Shown piece after piece: positions 61,806-64,000 of a DNA stretch of 64,000 nt (position 1 is its first letter; the number at the start of each line of letters is the position of its first letter). The DNA is from Candidatus Latescibacterota bacterium (GTDB lineage: Bacteria > Krumholzibacteriota > Krumholzibacteriia > WVZY01 > JAKEHA01), in NCBI GenBank assembly GCA_963707635.1, contig OY970173.1:2592001-2656000 (forward strand). The letters are read 5' to 3'. The notes below the pieces were generated by a model. That model was given only the letters and a program-made list of their open reading frames with translations. It searched no databases and was not told where the DNA came from. The position numbers were made by a program, and so were the translations under genes.

Positions 61806-62920
61806 CGCGCAAACCTCGTGACCAGAGGATAACGAAAAACCTGCTCCGCTGGTACGCCGGTTCGCAGCGCGACCTGCCGTGGCGTCGCTCGCGCGACGCG
61901 TATCGCGTCTGGGTATCCGAGGTCATGCTGCAGCAGACGCAGGTCGCGACCGTCATCCCTTACTACCGTCGCTTCGTGGAGCGCTTCCCCGACGTGGCCG
62001 CGCTGGCCGCCGCTCCCATCGACGACGTGCTCAAACAGTGGGAGGGGCTCGGCTACTACGCGCGCGCTCGCAATCTCCACGCCGCCGCGCGCGAATTGCT
62101 CCGCACGCACGGCGGCCGCATCCCGGGCGACCCGGGCGCATTTCGAAAACTCCCCGGCGTGGGCGACTATATCGCCGCCGCCGTGATGAGCATCGCGTTC
62201 GGACAGCCGCTGGCGGTGGCGGACGGCAATGTGAAGCGAGTCGTCGCCCGCCTCGACGCCCTCGGTGAGAACATGGACCGCCCGGCCGGCGCTCGGGTGG
62301 TGCTGGAGCGGGCGCAGCACCTGCTCCACCAGAACGACCCGGGCGCCTTCAACCAGGCGATGATGGAACTCGGCGCGCTCGTGTGCCGTCCGCTGAATCC
62401 GGATTGCGGCGCGTGCCCGGTTCGCAACCAGTGCGCGGCACGGCGCGAAGGCGACCCGTCCCGCTACCCGGTACGCTCGCCGCGGCGGGAGATCCCCGCC
62501 GCGCGCATCGCGGTCGGCATCGTCAGCCGGAGGGGGCGCGTGCTGATCACACGGCGCCCCGAATCCGGCTTGCTGGGTGGATTGTGGGAGTTCCCCGGGG
62601 GCAAGGTGGCGAAGGGCGAATCGCCGGCGCGCGCGTGCGCGCGCGAGATCCGCGAGGAAGTCAGCCTGGAGGTGGAAGTCGGCGAGCGCATCGCGCGCGT
62701 GCAACACGCCTACTCGCACCTGAAGGTGGAGATCGAGGTGTTCGCCTGTCGCTATCGCGCCGGCGACGTCGTGCTCGACGGGCCGGTCGACTACCGATGG
62801 ATTCGCCCGGACGAAACCGACGAGTACGCATTCCCGCGCGCGAATCACAAGTTCATGGCGGAAGTGAAAAAAGCGCTCGCGCCGCGGCGGCGCAGAGAGA
62901 AGCCGCGGCGGCCGGCTTGA
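61784..62920 (+). CDS. mutY: A/G-specific adenine glycosylase with C-terminal Nudix domain
   Basis: RDLPWR, WVSEVMLQQTQV, WEGLGYYARARNLH, LPGVGDY, DGNV.RV, C...NPDCGACPV..C, GLWEFPGG. Confidence 0.95.
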   Translation: MPVASLASRKPRDQRITKNLLRWYAGSQRDLPWRRSRDAYRVWVSEVMLQQTQVATVIPYYRRFVERFPDVAALAAAPIDDVLKQWEGLGYYARARNLHAAARELLRTHGGRIPGDPGAFRKLPGVGDYIAAAVMSIAFGQPLAVADGNVKRVVARLDALGENMDRPAGARVVLERAQHLLHQNDPGAFNQAMMELGALVCRPLNPDCGACPVRNQCAARREGDPSRYPVRSPRREIPAARIAVGIVSRRGRVLITRRPESGLLGGLWEFPGGKVAKGESPARACAREIREEVSLEVEVGERIARVQHAYSHLKVEIEVFACRYRAGDVVLDGPVDYRWIRPDETDEYAFPRANHKFMAEVKKALAPRRRREKPRRPA

Positions 62921-62945
62921 CTTCCCTTGATGCGGTGGTTACCTT
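62917..62945 (+). promoter_or_regulatory. Putative sigma70 promoter for yceI
   Basis: TTGACT-N17-TACCTT. Confidence 0.45.
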
Positions 62946-62993
62946 CGAATCATCGCTCTCCAATCCATCCCCACTCAACCGGAGGTCATCCTG

Positions 62994-63593
62994 ATGAAGT
63001 TTAGACGCACCGCGGCGATCCTGCTCGCCGCCCTCGCGCTCACGGCCGCTGCAGCCGGCGCGCAGACCGATACCTACACGTTCGACCCGGCCCACACGTC
63101 CGTGGGCTTCAAGGTCCGACACATGATGATCAACGATGTCAGGGGGACGTTCGACAAGGTCGACGGCACGATCGTTTACGACGCAAAGAACATGGCGAAC
63201 TCGTCGGTCAGCGTCACCATCGAGACCGCCAGCGTGAATACGCGCACCGAGAACCGGGACAACGATCTGCGCAGCGACCACTTCTTCGACGCTGCCAATC
63301 ACCCGACCATCACATTCAAGAGTAAGAAGATCGTGAAGAAGGGCGAGCAGTGGGTCGCCGTCGGCGACCTGACCATGCGGGGCGTGACCAAGGAGATCGA
63401 ACTCCCCTTCACCCTGAGCGGACCCGTCAACAACCCGTGGGGCAAGGCCGTGATCGCGGTGTCCGCGTCGACCGAAATCAACCGGCAGGACTACGGCGTG
63501 TCGTGGAACAAGACGCTGGACTCGGGCGGCGTGCTGGTGGGCGACACGGTGAAGATCGAAATCGAGGCCGAGGCGCAGAAGCAAGAGCCCTAG
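62994..63593 (+). CDS. YceI-family exported protein
   Basis: FDPAHTSVGFKVRH, RDNDLRSDHFFD, GDLTMRGVTK, INRQDYG. Confidence 0.92.
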   Translation: MKFRRTAAILLAALALTAAAAGAQTDTYTFDPAHTSVGFKVRHMMINDVRGTFDKVDGTIVYDAKNMANSSVSVTIETASVNTRTENRDNDLRSDHFFDAANHPTITFKSKKIVKKGEQWVAVGDLTMRGVTKEIELPFTLSGPVNNPWGKAVIAVSASTEINRQDYGVSWNKTLDSGGVLVGDTVKIEIEAEAQKQEP

Positions 63594-63761
63594 CGGCTCC
63601 CGCGCCCGGAAAAGAACGCCTACACGCGCGCCGCGTCCGCTCCACGGGCGCGGCGCGGTCGCGTTCGGGCGGACCGGAGCGGTCCCGCGAGCGGACGAAA
63701 ACCGGTGTGGGCCGGTCGAGGGTGGTATAGTTGCTGCAGTACTTGCGTCGAGTGAATCATC

Positions 63762-64000
63762 ATGCGTGAAATTCTTTCCGCCATCGTCGGGATTCTGAAC
63801 GAGTCGTCGGCCTACCTGCTGCTGGGGTTTGCGCTCGCGGGTGTGATTCATGTCGTGCTGGGGCGCCTGCCGCGCCTGACCGCGCAGCTCACCGGGTCCG
63901 GGCGGCGGCCGGTGCTGTGGGCGGCGCTCATCGGCGCCCCTATGCCACTGTGCTCGTGCAGCGTTCTTCCGGCCGCCATGGCGCTGCGGCACCGCGGCGC
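63762..64000 (+). CDS. Permease (DUF318/ArsP-like, putative metal efflux), 5' part only
   Basis: Not in the ORF track. Manual translation gives MREILSAIVGILNESSAYLLLGFALAG...GAPMPLCSCSVLPAA, with the PLCSC motif. Confidence 0.8.
   Translation, partial: MREILSAIVGILNESSAYLLLGFALAGVIHVVLGRLPRLTAQLTGSGRRPVLWAALIGAPMPLCSCSVLPAAMALRHRG

Overview
GC-rich bacterial chromosome segment with about 51 protein-coding genes and no recognisable rRNA, tRNA, CRISPR array or transposase. Seven predicted secreted proteins end in the same FlgD-Ig-like C-terminal domain (NPFNPxTxI...[RHY]KMxL[LI]K or MVVLK). By inference this points to an FCB-related candidate phylum such as Krumholzibacteriota, Latescibacterota or Eisenbacteria. 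Recognisable loci: a secreted repeat-protein cluster ending in TPR-PEGA and P-loop ATPase genes; sulfatase; menA-like prenyltransferase; DsbD-N plus redoxin; a gingipain-like C25 peptidase; pepD; pfkA; gdhA; mntR-mntH-usp; a sod-phhB-thioesterase-MDR-boxC-boxB-ALDH operon with no boxA in the window; thiC; a DUF4097-ECF sigma-anti-sigma-HEAT cluster; an M14 peptidase; two tandem beta-propeller paralogues; a natAB-like ABC transporter; mutY-Nudix; and yceI. The most unusual signals are non-coding. (1) A four-copy family of about 90-nt intergenic elements has a conserved core, while its long terminal stems differ in sequence yet stay complementary. (2) A separate two-copy structured motif with compensatory changes brackets boxC-boxB. 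Two genes carry single-base frameshifts that are probably assembly errors. All family assignments come from motif recognition by eye; no database searches were run.
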